A stretch of DNA of 64,000 nt from Eledone cirrhosa (taxonomy: Eukaryota). Below, piece by piece: positions 41,931-54,710 of the stretch. A program made the translations under genes and the position numbers. Numbering within the stretch: position 1 is the stretch's first letter; every line of letters starts with the position of its first letter. The notes below the pieces were generated by a model. That model searched no databases. It had not been told where the DNA came from and was given only the letters and a program-made list of their open reading frames with translations. The stretch spans positions 83,080,001 to 83,144,000 of the forward strand of contig OZ024747.1 of the NCBI GenBank assembly GCA_964016885.1, read 5' to 3'.

Positions 41931-42485
41931 TATATATCATAAAACATGTCTATAGAATTACCAGATAAAATATATATATATAGTTAGAAAGGATGTGATT
42001 AGCCGTAAGCAACTAATCACATCCTTTCTAACTTGACCGCTGCCACGTCACGATTCTTAGCCATTTTTTAATGTATTCTTGGCGCGATCACTTTGGAAAA
42101 TTAATTGTCTAAATTTTAGCTAACTTCCTGAAGAATCTGAAGCTCTAGATATCCAATGTTATCGGATGTCTTAAAATGCGGATGAAACCATGGTAGAGGT
42201 AATTAAATATGTACACTTTTCTTCTAGTTTATTTTACACCTAATTCTGTTTAGTTGACTGTATATCTGGTCGATTCATACATGCTGTCGAAATATTCGAT
42301 AAATGATCCGTCGTAACCGCCGCGAAGGGGCTGCTTTCGGTTATTTGTCGGAGATTTCTTCATAGGAGCCTTTATTCTTATAGCTTGGTCTAATTGATTT
42401 TTTTATATGGTTAATTATGCTAATTGGGAGAGGAAACAGTATATATTTTATCTGGTAATTCTATAGACATGTTTTATGATATATA
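41931..42485. mobile_element. Non-coding inverted-repeat element containing a hammerhead (Penelope-pLTR-like)
   Basis: Outer IR 41931-41976 / 42440-42485; inner 21-bp hairpin 41982-42033; (TA)n flanks. Confidence 0.7.
42123..42200 (+). ncRNA. Minimal type I hammerhead ribozyme with extended stem II
   Basis: ACUUC-CUGAAGA(42128-42134)-AUCUG..[AGAUAUCC..GGAUGUCU]..CGGAU-GAAA(42184-42187)-CCAUGG-UA-GAGGU; predicted cleavage after 42195. Confidence 0.75.
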
Positions 42486-42653
42486 TATATATATACCAGA
42501 TAACTTGGGTATTTAGATGGAAATTCCCTTCATAACATCTGAATGACTAATGGGGATTATAGTAATGTAATCAATCTTTGTTGTGGCTTGTTTATGTTTT
42601 ATATTTGAATATATTTTCATTAATTTCCCTGTAATTTCTGTTTGACTTTTTAG

Positions 42654-42746
42654 CCAACCCAGGAGCAAATACGCATTGCTCAAATGATTGAAGACAAAAC
42701 AGAAAATGAAGATCGTGCTAATCGTAAGATCGAAAAAATTGAACAG
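42654..42746 (+). CDS. lig: UBAP2/lingerer-like coding exon 2
   Basis: PTQEQIRIAQMI.. matches the TAEQIRLAQ motif preceding the UBA domain; AG/GT boundaries, 93 nt, phase 0. Confidence 0.9.
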
Positions 42747-43205
42747 GTAACCTACATTCTTAACATAGACAATAACTGATTAAAGGAAATTTGACAAAGG
42801 AGAAAGTAGCTAAAAACTTGCAGCTTGCATAAATCTGCTGTTTTCATTCTCTACATTTCGCAGCCATATAGAAAGATGGTGTGAACGAGCCCTCACTAGA
42901 TGTGATTTTAGTGGCCAGATTGATCTCTGGCCTATACCACAGTCAACTTCAAATATGACTCCCTGTGAAGTATTTCCGTCAACTAAATTAGCTGTATCTT
43001 GTCACCTCTCTTTCTCAATTTTTTTCCCCTTCTCTGGCAATGCTTCTTTCATCCCACCCTTCTTTCTCTTACAATCTCTCCTTCACCTTGTTTATATGTA
43101 TTATAAAGCAAAGCATAACTGTATTGAAACTATTTTGTTCTAAATTAATAGCTAAGTTGTTAGTTTTTGTTGTTTTTAATCCATTCCTTCTAAATATGGC
43201 CAAAT

Positions 43206-43245
<40 letters not shown>

Positions 43246-43525
43246 TTGATTTTTTTTTTTTTTTTTAAATCCTTTTAACTCTTAAATGTCCTGTACTACA
43301 TGAAACTACATTAGCAAAACATTCTTGTAAAGTACAACATGACATTAAAAATATACATATTTAAATTACTGCAAATTTTCACAATCATTCTAATAGTAAA
43401 GATACTATAAACATTTGAATTAACAATTTTTAGATATTGTGAAGTCATTACAAAATGTTAGGAGTTAAAATTAATAAAACAATCTGCATTATGATTTAAT
43501 TCCATGTCTTGTATGTTTCATTCAG

Positions 43526-43636
43526 GTTATGGAAGCCTCTGGCAAAACCTATGATGAGGCTGCTGTGGCTTTACATGATGCTGAGTTTGATCCCGAGAAA
43601 GCTGTCATCATGCTGTTAGAAGGTGAAAATGACCAA
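43526..43636 (+). CDS. lig: UBAP2/lingerer-like coding exon 3 (UBA domain)
   Basis: VMEASGKTYDEAAVALHDAEFDPEKAVIMLLEGENDQ (ALHD..LLEG signature); 111 nt, phase 0. Confidence 0.92.
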
Positions 43637-44559
43637 GTAAGTTAATAAAATTACTATGTTGTTGATTAAGGTGGCAAATTGGCAGTCATTAGAATGTCAG
43701 ATAGAATGCTCCATTCTGACTCAAATCCATCCAATTTTTAGTTTGGTTTCTTAGCTAATAAATTGTTGATCAATTTGAATAGAACAAATACATAGCATTT
43801 AATCCCATGTCCTGATGACTCTGCCAGTATAAATCCCCCTGAGATAACTTTACTTTCATCCTTTCAGGGCAGTGGATTGGTAGAATTGTTAATGAGTTGG
43901 TAGCTTCTGTCAGGTGTTACAATTGGCAGAAAGTATCAGTGATAGAAAGGCCTATGGAAACATTATTTCCTTAGTCCAATCTAATGATTGGCTTCTTTTG
44001 TTTCATTTCTGTTTTGATAAATTTATTTTTGAGTTATTCTATATACCTACATTTTTTCCCCTTACCTTATAGCTTGTTTCCCTTTACATATTTTTAAACT
44101 CCAGTGACAGAATAAATTTTGGAAATAAACACTTGAAAGTGTTGAATAAACAATTGTTCAGTAAGGGACCTCTGTATATTTAGTTGCTCAATCTGTCATA
44201 AATAGCAGCCAAATCTCTTTCAAATCATATCCCACTGACTTAAACAAGGAAGGGCACATTAGATAATTTACTTCCAGGCCTTTTTTTTTTTTTTTTTTTT
44301 TTTTGCTGGGTGTTGTTTGTCTGTGCATTACAAAAACACTGTTCAAGGAATAAGCAGTTTAGCTCTTCAACAAATATATTCGTGCAACAATTTTCGAAGC
44401 CACACGCTCTGTCAGATTTTACCAATGCAATAATTCCATAGAAAAATCAGCTAAAAAAGGTGAATTCTTTTGAGCTACTGTTTTCATCGATCTATTATTA
44501 TATTATATATTAGCAGGAAATGATTCCTACAAGCAGTGAGATATTATCATCTTTTGCAG

Positions 44560-44878
44560 GGTGAGTGGAAAGAGTCTGGAAAGAAAAAGAAACGCACCAA
44601 TACTGCTGCTGCATCCACCCCAAAGTCAGAGCCTGTCTCCAATCATATTTCTGAAAACAGGTCAGAGATTCGCGAACGTAGTAAGGATTGTGAACATCGC
44701 ACAGCTGACAGAGCTGAGTTTGGACACAGGCGTGCGCGGCGCACTGGGCCTGTCCCACCACGACATGCACGTTCCAGAGGACGAGACAGAAGTGACTTCC
44801 GAGAAAATAAAGAAAATGAAGATGAAAGCAATGAAGATGGTGGAAGAGAACGTAACTTTGGAAGAGGTCGAGGAAGAG
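44560..44878 (+). CDS. lig: UBAP2/lingerer-like coding exon 4
   Basis: GEWKESGKKKKR..FRENKEN..FGRGRGR; 319 nt, ends phase 1. Confidence 0.88.
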
Positions 44879-45099
44879 GTAAAATCTTATATTTATTTAT
44901 TCTGTATTGCACTCAGTACACCCCATAAAATGGTTAGCATTAGGGCATCCAGCTATAGAAAGCATGCCAAAAAATGAAATATAAGTCAAGACCTGGTTTC
45001 TTAACCAGTCCATTCATGGACTAACTACCCATCCAAGTTATGCAGGTATAGAAAATATATATTGGTGATATTAATGATGTGTATCTCATTTAGAATATG

Positions 45100-45310
45100 T
45101 ACAACATATCCCTGCATGTTGTTTGAGGTGATTAAATTTACCTTTAGTCCTTTTGATTCTAGGCTTTTCTTCTATGGAGTTAGCTATAAAGACTAAATTA
45201 TCAGCATACAGGAATTCATTTGAAGTATCAATCTTAAATTCCTTTCTTATGGCCTGAAGAGGAATGATAAACAGAAGTAGGCTGAGTGAGCTCTGGTCAA
45301 CCTCCATCTG
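45100..45310 (-). mobile_element. Degenerate RTE RT fragment
   Basis: QSSLSLLLFIIPLQAIRKEFK..FLYADNL parallels the RTE at 4736-6850. Confidence 0.7.
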
Positions 45311-47150
45311 CATTTCAGATTTGTCATGACTTATTGCCAACTCTGACCTACCTTGCTGGTCCATTAATTAGGTCTATATGAGAGTGGTGAAATGTATGTA
45401 AGCAAGGTGGACCACTAACCTGTCCAGGTGTTTATAAACTCCAATTAAGTTCTTTCTGTCCAACTCATGCTAGCATAGAAAAGAAGGCATAAAATGATGC
45501 TGGTAATGTCACAAAGCAAGGGTAGAAGCCGAATAGGTTGATAGATGTTTTTAAGGATAAATTTTCTTCATGGTTTTTCAGCAAAGTTGAACCATCTAGG
45601 AGAGCAATCAGCCTGAATAAAAATTGATACAGGCAACCTCTCTCGTGCTGGTGGTATGATAAAATATATCCAGTTCCTGCTGTCAAGTGGTTGGTGATAG
45701 GAAGGGCATTCAGCCAGAAGAATCATGCCAAAACCATGACTAGTACAATTCACAGTTGATTAGTTTTGGGTCTGGAAGTGATGTTCACAATTTAATTAGA
45801 AGCCATCCCAACTATTAAAAAGTTGTATACTAAAAGTTGATATATGGTAGAGAGGACCCTTCAGTCTGGTGAGACAACCTCTCTACTGCTGGTGGATGAA
45901 TAATGCACCTAGTCCACGCTGTAAAGTTGTTGGTGATAGGAAGGTCATCTAGCTAGTAAAACCCTGCCAAAAATATCCATCATCATGTCCAACCCATACA
46001 AGCTTGGAACAACAAATATGAAGATATACACATAATATGATTGCTTGGCACTTAAAAAAAAATAGAGCATTTCCATTACCACCACTGTTCTCTCCATACT
46101 CTTATATCTGCTTTCTGGCATGACCAATGTTTTACATGAACTATATAATAGCTTTAAATAGATGATGACAGTAATTAAAAAGGTGGTGGGAATAATGGGG
46201 TCCATTAGTGAAAAACAAGCTGGTTGATTTCATACGGACACCCTTGTAGGTTTAGCTGGTCACTTATGAGATTACATTTCATAGGTTTATTGGGTGTTCT
46301 AATGGTGACCCCCAACCCTATCATTGAAAAGTAAGGTGAAATGAAGCATCTTGAACAACCCAATGCACCACTTGGTTTATCAGTCAGACCCATGACCAGT
46401 TGGAGTTAACTTTGTTTTAATGTACAAGAAACATTTAATGGACCTCCAGCAGTTTTGAAATATGTGAGAAAGTGTTTCAATTCTTCAATCAGCAGAATAG
46501 TTCATAAAATCACAAGATACCATGCAATGAGATTGAACCCAAGGCCTAATGATTGCAAATAAACCTATTCACCATTCAGTCAATCTGTGTCCTCACATGT
46601 AACATTAATCCTACATAAATCTCCTATTTCCTCATTATCTAGTTGAACTTTGTAAACAGTTTTGTTGGAAGTCTGATTGTAATTAAATCTTCATTGGTCT
46701 GATGATATTAGTATTCTATTTAATTGTTTATCTATTGACTGTTTATAGAGTATGTGGAATCAGGGTTGGCACTGCCATTAAGCCAACTAGGCAGCTACCC
46801 AGGGCATACACCTCAAAGACGTGCATTACTGAACCTTAAATGATTTTGTATAAATTATGTATATAATAATTTCCTGCAATCAATAAATACACCAGTAAAC
46901 ATCTTTACTGCATAGAAACATTGGGGGGAAATATCCAAAGTAGTCGAGATGGCTGTATGGTGTTATGGCCATGGTTTGTTGTCCGTGTGTCCTGTATAGT
47001 AGAACATTATTTGAAAATCATAGGCAGTGTCTTTCATTAGAAATACTGCTAAGTAGTTGATGTTTCTGAAAATAAATCGCTATTAACTTTTTGTCTCTTG
47101 GCAAGAAATTTTTTTTCGTTTGTTATATATATATTTTATTTTTGTTCCAG

Positions 47151-47178
47151 GAGTTGGTCGCCGTGGACGTGGACCACG
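47151..47178 (+). CDS. lig: UBAP2/lingerer-like coding exon 5 (28-nt microexon)
   Basis: ttccag|..|gtaagt; (G)VGRRGRGP(R), phase 1 to 2. Confidence 0.8.
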
Positions 47179-47867
47179 GTAAGTTAATAAGATTTAAATC
47201 AATTTATATTGTAAACAAGTTTTGTCTTTCTTTTTAACTCTTGATACCAAACCGAACTAGGTTCTACACTACAAAACTGTTTGATTTAAAGTGTATATAT
47301 TTATCTAAAATCTTGTAATTTTATTGGAGAAACTTTAAGTTAAACTAACACCAGGCCCATATTGTTATAGATTTGATGCTGATCAACTCCAGTACCAATC
47401 TAGTGGTTGAAATGTTAATACTTACTCTCCTTGTTAGTAGTGTTGAGATATATCGTTTGTTAAGACCCTTAACTCTCAATGCTCCTGCCCACTAAGCTAA
47501 ATGCTTCCAAAGTCAAGATGAGTGTATACACTCCTTAATTCATGAGCTTACAGTGCTCAGATGAAACCTCCTCATATTCCAGTTGAAATTAAAAGTATTC
47601 ACTTTTATGGCTTTATAAAACGAGATAATATTGTAACAAGTTTAGGGTACTATTTGACTCTTTTAACCGTATCAAGTACCAACCCACCTGAAATTACCTC
47701 TTATGATATGTAAGAACTCTTATGTTCCAAACATATGTTTAATAGTGAAAAAAATTAAGTATTCATGTCTCGTTAACATGTTTTTTTTTTTGTTTGTTTG
47801 TTTTTTTATGAACTGGCTGGAAAATTTTATAAGTGCTTTTTTTTTTTTTTTTTTTTTTTATATACAG

Positions 47868-47956
47868 AAGTTTTCGCAATCAGAGGTTTGATAAAGGCCC
47901 ACAGATTGACACTTGGACCAATGAGACTGCTGAAAATGCTGAAAAAGAAAATTCAA
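47868..47956 (+). CDS. lig: UBAP2/lingerer-like coding exon 6
   Basis: Poly-T acceptor; SFRNQRFDKGPQIDTWTNETAENAEKENS; 89 nt, phase 2 to 1. Confidence 0.82.
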
Positions 47957-48000
47957 GTACGTTTTTACTGTTTCTGTGTATTTATTAAATACTTTCAACA

Positions 48001-48590
48001 TGTACGGTCACGTGATGCGCATGAAAGATGACAGCTGTATAAAAAAGCGCACGGCAATAAAAATAGACGGTAGCCATGGAGTAGGCAGACCCAGAAAAAC
48101 CTGGGACGACTTGATAAATTCCGACCTCACACACTTACACCTCTCCAAGACAATGTCACTGGACTGAGATCTTTGGCGCTACACAGTTATACAGAAGACC
48201 CGCCTTGCCTAAGTACAAAGCGAAACCAACAGTCAGTAGGCACCTCTAACAAAATACACCCCCGTCCCACTACCCCCACCCCATCCACACCACCCCCTTA
48301 AATGTGAAGTTATGTTGGTACCACAACATCCAGTCCGAAACAAATGAGGTCGTGTAGGTGTCACAACAAAAAAACACAGTCCATGCTGTAATGTGGCCGT
48401 GTAGGTAACATGGTAAAAATCTCCCAGTCCACACTGTAAACGTGGTTGGTGTTAGGAAGGTCATCCAGCCGTAGAAAACCCGCCAGACAGTCCTATACGA
48501 GCAGGACAACCAATCTTCCCTCAAGTGGGAAAACTCCCGTCCAAACCCATGCAAGCGTGGAAGATGGACGTTGATGACGATGATGATGAC
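48001..48590 (+). mobile_element. 5'-truncated copy of the RTE at 4384-7884
   Basis: Highly similar to the reverse complement of ~4385-4947; GAT tail; candidate TSD ACTTTCA (47991-47997 / 48589-48595). Confidence 0.9.
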
Positions 48591-49974
48591 TTTCATTACC
48601 AAAATAGCCCTTGATATTGAAGCAGGATTTACCTAGTCATAAAAGGGTTTTTGATACCGGGTATAATCATAGGGACATCGTCCTGACACATGGCATGTCT
48701 TGGAAATCTTTAAGATAGTGGAACACATCCTTCTCTAGATCAAAACACAGCTAATTTTTTTGCAGAGAAGGAAAAAGAGAGGTAGAACCTACTCCAACAC
48801 TGGACTGGTACTTAATTTATCAACTTCGAAAAGATGTAAGGCAACATTGACCTCAACAGTATTTGAACTTGGAATGCAGATAACCAGAACAGATATTGAA
48901 ACATTTTTATTCCAATTGCCCTAACGACTCTACCAATTCACTGCCTTTACTACCTAGTCATATTTAAATCTAAATACCAGCATAAAAATAGTTTTAGTAA
49001 CCAAACATGATGTCTAAAGTTCTATTAAGTTATGTTTGTTGTTGACTCAGTTTAAGAATTTTACCTAGAGATCGATGTTCCCTCTAATTTTTCTCAACCA
49101 AAGCAGAATGTTGGATGCTTTGAGCAAAATTATTTTAAATTCAAAGCTACTACACTGCAACATTTCAGTGCAGCACCAATACAGCAACTGTAACATTGAT
49201 GTAAATCTTGTGAGTTGATTCGACTGAAGCATTATATCATGTCTGGCTTTCAAGTTGGTTGTGTAGATATTCTTGGTACATTACTCACCATACCCTTTAA
49301 CCTGCTCTTGTTGTGTCACTAGTTGAAAAAAATGAAAATTTACAGCTAAAACCTATGTAGGTATACCTGGCTTCCTACAAAATTGTATCTCATAGATTTC
49401 TGGGGTGTTTAATGATAGAGGGCCCAATGCTATCATGAAAAGGATTTTCTTGCTGAAGAACACATGTGGTACAATCCAAGAAATGAACCCATGATCTTAT
49501 GATTGTGAGTCTGTTACCCTAACGTAGTGATTTCCAAACACTGCATCTCTGTGTACTGGTGTTCTGCGTGACAATTAGGTGCACCACAAAAGAGAAAAAT
49601 TCTATTTCAAAATGTGAAAAATACAAAATGAAATTCATTATTAAAATTCAAATACAACTGTAGGAAACAACTAAACTAAGGATGAAAACATTGCTTAAAA
49701 AACCACCAAGTGCATATTTTTCATTGATAAATTTGCTTCATTTATTGACTAAAGAAGGAAGTACAAATAATGTTTCTATATTTCAAATTATTTATGCTGT
49801 GTTTATATGTATATATACCTCTTCGAATAGTTTTGGCAAAATATTTTAACTTGTTTAAAAGTGTGATAGGAGTTTAAAAAAAAAAAGTTTGAGAACCACT
49901 GCCCTTCTAGGCCATGCTTCTTTACATATCACCAGTTGTTTCCTTTCAGTTGAAATATTCCTTTAATATTTCAG

Positions 49975-50030
49975 CTTGGAATGATACCTTATCTCCAGAG
50001 GATTGGAATGATGATAGTTGGACTGGAAGT
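49975..50030 (+). CDS. lig: UBAP2/lingerer-like coding exon 7
   Basis: WNDTLSPEDWNDDSWTGS resembles the conserved EDW..WTGSL..TKVF region; 56 nt, phase 1 to 0; gene continues beyond the exons recognised here. Confidence 0.85.
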
Positions 50031-51136
50031 GTAAGTAATCTTTTTTGCAATCATATTTATTTAGTTTCTTTACTTCGTTTTAATTCTTTTATATGGGCTT
50101 TGCTTTTTAGAAGTCATTTTCTTGTTCTAACACTGCGCAGTCTTTTTTCCTACCGTATATGCTCTTCAATTATAATATATAGACCTTAAAGTACATAGTA
50201 GCAGATGTCCAGATAGATTATCTGCTACAATTGTAGAGTGTTGAATCTAAATAGTTTCACAATTAAAGGAATCAAAATTGTGAAGACACTGATTGGATAT
50301 ATATAGTCCATCCAGTACATACTGTAAAATGGGTGGCATTAGGAAGAGCATCTAGCCATAGATAACCAAACCCAAAATGGAACATATGAGCAAGGCTTAG
50401 CCACCTGACTAGTCTAGCCTTATAACATGACAGCTCGTCTAATCCAAGCAAACATGGAAAATAGACATTAAATGGTGGGGGTGATATACATATATATGTA
50501 TGTATATATATATATATGTCTAAGAAAGTGCTTTTGTATTTAATTAGCTGTATTTTATCTACTGGATGTTATAGTTGATTGAATCAATTCAACTATACAG
50601 TTCTTCAATTATTTTTCTAGCTTCTTAAACTTCTCTTATAATTGACACTTTTTATGTACCATTATAGTATGCTGCTGAAAATTGAAATGTGTAATAATTT
50701 TTTCAGTTATGTTAAAGTTTGATCATATTCTTAGTAAGCATACCTCTGCATATCTCTTTATTGTGTCACTTTATATGTAATCAGTGATGTTCATCTGACC
50801 GAATTAGTTATTTCTGATGTGGTCTTGCTAAATTGCTTTTTATGCACCGTATAGGATTAATACATTCTTGACAATATTGGCAAGTTAGACTGCTATCAAA
50901 TAAAGGATTGTAAAGTTTGCAAATACCATATTTTAAAATGCTTTGAATTTACATTTTCTTTTGCCTTTCAATGTTATGTATTTAATATTTTTCACTTGAT
51001 TTGGAATATTTTTGTTTTGTTTGCTTTATTTTTAATAAGTATGTCATTTTTTTTTTCTTATTTAGACAAATGTGTATTAATTGGTCATTATTTTATTTTC
51101 TATCAAATTTTGCCTTAATTTTATACATTGTTAGCA

Positions 51137-51168
<32 letters not shown>

Positions 51169-54032
51169 CCCCCCAATTATAAACCAGAATCCTGTAATAA
51201 TATATATGGGTGGGGTGAATTAGTTTGTGTCCATTTTAGTTGATTGTTTGCTTTCAAGCTGAAGGTTTCTTTTATTGCTAGAATCGGCCAACTGTACTGC
51301 ATAATTTTCCATGTTTTGACCTATTATTAGATGCCAGATAGTTTTACAACTCTAAGAGCACAGCAGATAGAAGCTAATTGTTCAAAACACATCCACCAAA
51401 TCTTTTGTTTAAATACAATATTTTTTTCTTGTAAATGTTTATTTTCATTTTTCAAAATTTATAAATGTTATAAGTATTTATAATGCTAAATGTTTAGATA
51501 TCAAGTCTATGTAGTGTCATCTTTGAGTGAATGTGATTCAATATTTTTTAATGAGAGTTAAGCATTACAAAAGAACTGTAATGCTTTGTTGGTTAAAACT
51601 ATTAACAAGTACACTTCAATTAAGCTGATAAAATGGCCAAATAAGACTTTCTACAAATCATCTTTTTCCTCTTCTCTATTTTTTTCTTCCTTTCTATTTT
51701 TCCCTTTTTTACAAACATGATCTAAAAAGAATTTCAGTAAAAAAAACGAAAGCATAGTTTTTATTTTCTAACTTGATATTGTAATATACTGTTCAGTATA
51801 TATACCAGCAAACAAACCTTTCTATTATAGCATTTTAAATAGATGACACCATCAGCTGAGATGTATTAATGTTAAACGTTCTTTCAATTTTGTTTTTGAT
51901 TGGTAACTGTTGTCATATAAAAATATTTTATATATCATTGTTTTTATGTAATCACTCACTCTCTCTTCAGTTATGGTGAGGCCTATCTAAAATGTAAAGG
52001 CAATAAAATAAGCCTCTTTCATATCAACATAGTAAAAAGATTCATTAACCCTTTTGTTACCAAATTTCTAATATTTGGAAGAGTTTAGTAATATAACTCT
52101 CATTTTTAAGAGGGTGTTTGGAATGTAGCTTAAAGGTTCTTGCATATGGAGTGTTTTTAGATAAATACTTTACAATAAACATATTGGTATCACAAAACCA
52201 GGGAGGTTTCAAATAGTTTGGTAACAAAATGGTTACTTAATCATTTTAATTGTATTCACATGTTTTTAAAAAGTTTTTATTTTTTAATTTTTTTTAATTC
52301 AATTTTTGAGACTTTAATTTTTGAGTTTTTAAAAAATGCAATTTATTTTGTAGATCTATAATTTTCTTTCTCTGACCTATTGGATTGTTACTGTTTTTAT
52401 ATTTATAAAACTGCACTAAAAGAAATAGTTTAATGGGCCTTAATTCTTTAAATTTTGAAATACCCATTTTCTTGAAACATTTTATAGAAATATATTAGTC
52501 TTATATATAAACATAGTTTAAGTAATCCTTGATAATTGCTATTTATTTCTTAACCTTTTAATGACCATATTTCTCATAAAATACATTGAATGCATTTTGC
52601 TTAATTTTGAAAACTAAAAATTAAGGTTTCAGTCAAATAAATTTTTCATAAAGTTCTTACATAAAATTATGATGGAAGGTTTTAATTTAGATATGAGCAC
52701 ATTAATATGTACAGTTTTTTGTTGAATATTTTATAAATAGCAGGTTTTGCTGAGACTTTTTTCTAAAAAAAAATATCTTGGGTTATGCTTTCTTTATCTT
52801 TTAAAAATTTCTCTCTTCAGAAAAATAATGCAGTTATAAATGTGTTTTTATGAGACTTTTCTGAAGTAATAGTTAACTGATTATGTTATGAAAGTTTTAT
52901 TTCTTTTAATGTTAGTTTATCAAAATAATGCTGGTTAAAAAAGATTTTTCAATCATTCAAAGTTCATGAGTTTGTGGTATAACTTAAAATTTCAATGGAG
53001 GGGAGGTATGTCTTTCAGCTAACTCAACTGAAACTAGAGCACCTTTAGCATATATATCTTTCTCTTCAAAATAGACCTTAACAATCAGAATTTATCGGAT
53101 TATATAACTAGATTTTTAAAAAGATAATCTAAAGTATTTTATATGTGAGCACTTATCACACTTGACAGCTGCTTCTTAGAAACCTACTTTCTAAAGTATG
53201 TTTCTTCTTAGAAACATACTTTATTGAACTTGACTTCTTTTTGGTTAATTCTGAAACACTGCAAATTCTGTTACAGTATCCATTACTTGTTGGTTTTTTC
53301 CCATTTTCTATTATATAAACAATAATGTCCAGCCTTAATCTTCTTAAATGAAGCTCACTCAACAATATTTCTAGAGTCCTATTTGGCTACTTAATAAACA
53401 CAGTATTAAAACAATTTCTGTAAGACTGTTGAGGTTAAAATTTGAAGTAAAGACATTCGAAAGACAAGGTTTTGTTTATTGCTGTTGACTGTGGAATTAA
53501 TCCCTAATTTCGGACAGATTTTATTTCTTGAGTTCGTCTTTTGTGCAGAATATCTCCTTAAAAAGTATTGTTGGTACTGTTGTAAGCATGCCAAATAAGA
53601 TGCTTTATGGCAGTGCTAAAAAACAAAACATTAAGTGTATGTTTCTTATGGACAACTTTACTCCATTTATTGACTAAAGAAGGAAGTACAAATATTTTTT
53701 CTGTATTTTTAATTATCTATATTTCTATTTTATGCTACATTAATATGCTTACATACCTCTTTTGAACAAATTTTCGAATTTAGGCACGTGTGCCAAAATA
53801 TTTTTACTCATTTTAAAATTTGTGAGTGGGGAGGGTAAGATCAACTGATTTAGAGTAATGAAAATTGGATTCTTATTTGTTTTTGTTAGAGTTAAGTTAT
53901 CCTTTTTAGGGTCATTTATCTTTTCTATCCTTCTTATGTGTCTTGAAGAGAACTATAAAGTTATTTCTTCAGTATTAGAAATAGTATTTGTTTGGTTATG
54001 CCTAATTGTATGGAATATTTCTGGTACTTGAA

Positions 54033-54710
54033 TTATAATAATAATAATGAAATTATTGTGTAAAGTGCTCAGGTGCACTACAACTCGTCAATATAGTACA
54101 TAGAATAATACACAAATGCCAGGGAAGTACATGTTTGTATGTGTTAGCTGTAGTGTTGGCGGATCTCGGGAAGCATGGAGGCCTTAAAGGATGCAGTGTC
54201 TCGACAGCTAACAACTGATGCAGGTAGTTTGTTCCATGCTTCAGCAACTCTGAGCGTGAAAAAATGTTTCCGAAAGTCATGGGAACTGTGCTGTTTTCTG
54301 ACTTTGTGGGCATGCCCACGTGTGTTAGACACATGGAAATCGAAAAGGCACTCAGGGTTGTTGTTGGCAACATGGTTAACAATTTTGTGGGTGTTTACCA
54401 AGTCAGTTGCCAGGCGTCGGAGCTTCAATGAATCCATGCCCAGGGAAGCAAGGCGCTCAGAGTATGGTAGATGCCTGATGGAGGGTATTCGCTTGGTTGC
54501 ACGTCTCTGAACAGTTTCCAGGCGGTCAATGTCCTGAGCAAGATAGAGGTTCCAGACTGGTGATGCAAATTCTAAGTGTGGTCGCACCATAGCTGTATAC
54601 AGCCTTAAATAGATATCTGGAGAGCGGCTGACAAAGGTCTTGCTGAGTGATGCTAAGACACCCTCGGCCCTCTTGACAATTTTAGAGACGTGCCTCGTCC
54701 AACGCAAATT
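54033..54710 (-). mobile_element. CR1-group LINE 3' fragment
   Basis: ORF 54144..54707 LYTAMVRPHLEFASPVW..LETVQRRATK..FFTLRVAEAWNKLP; (ATT)n tail; same tail remnant at ~18333-18380. Confidence 0.88.

Noticed and set aside
42300-42350. GC-rich structured patch (taaccg..cggtta) as a second ribozyme
   Set aside because: Does not fit twister, pistol or HDV consensus by eye
43812-49490. Other CTGANGA matches (e.g. ~43812, 46700, 49453)
   Set aside because: No stem II followed by GAAA/UH geometry
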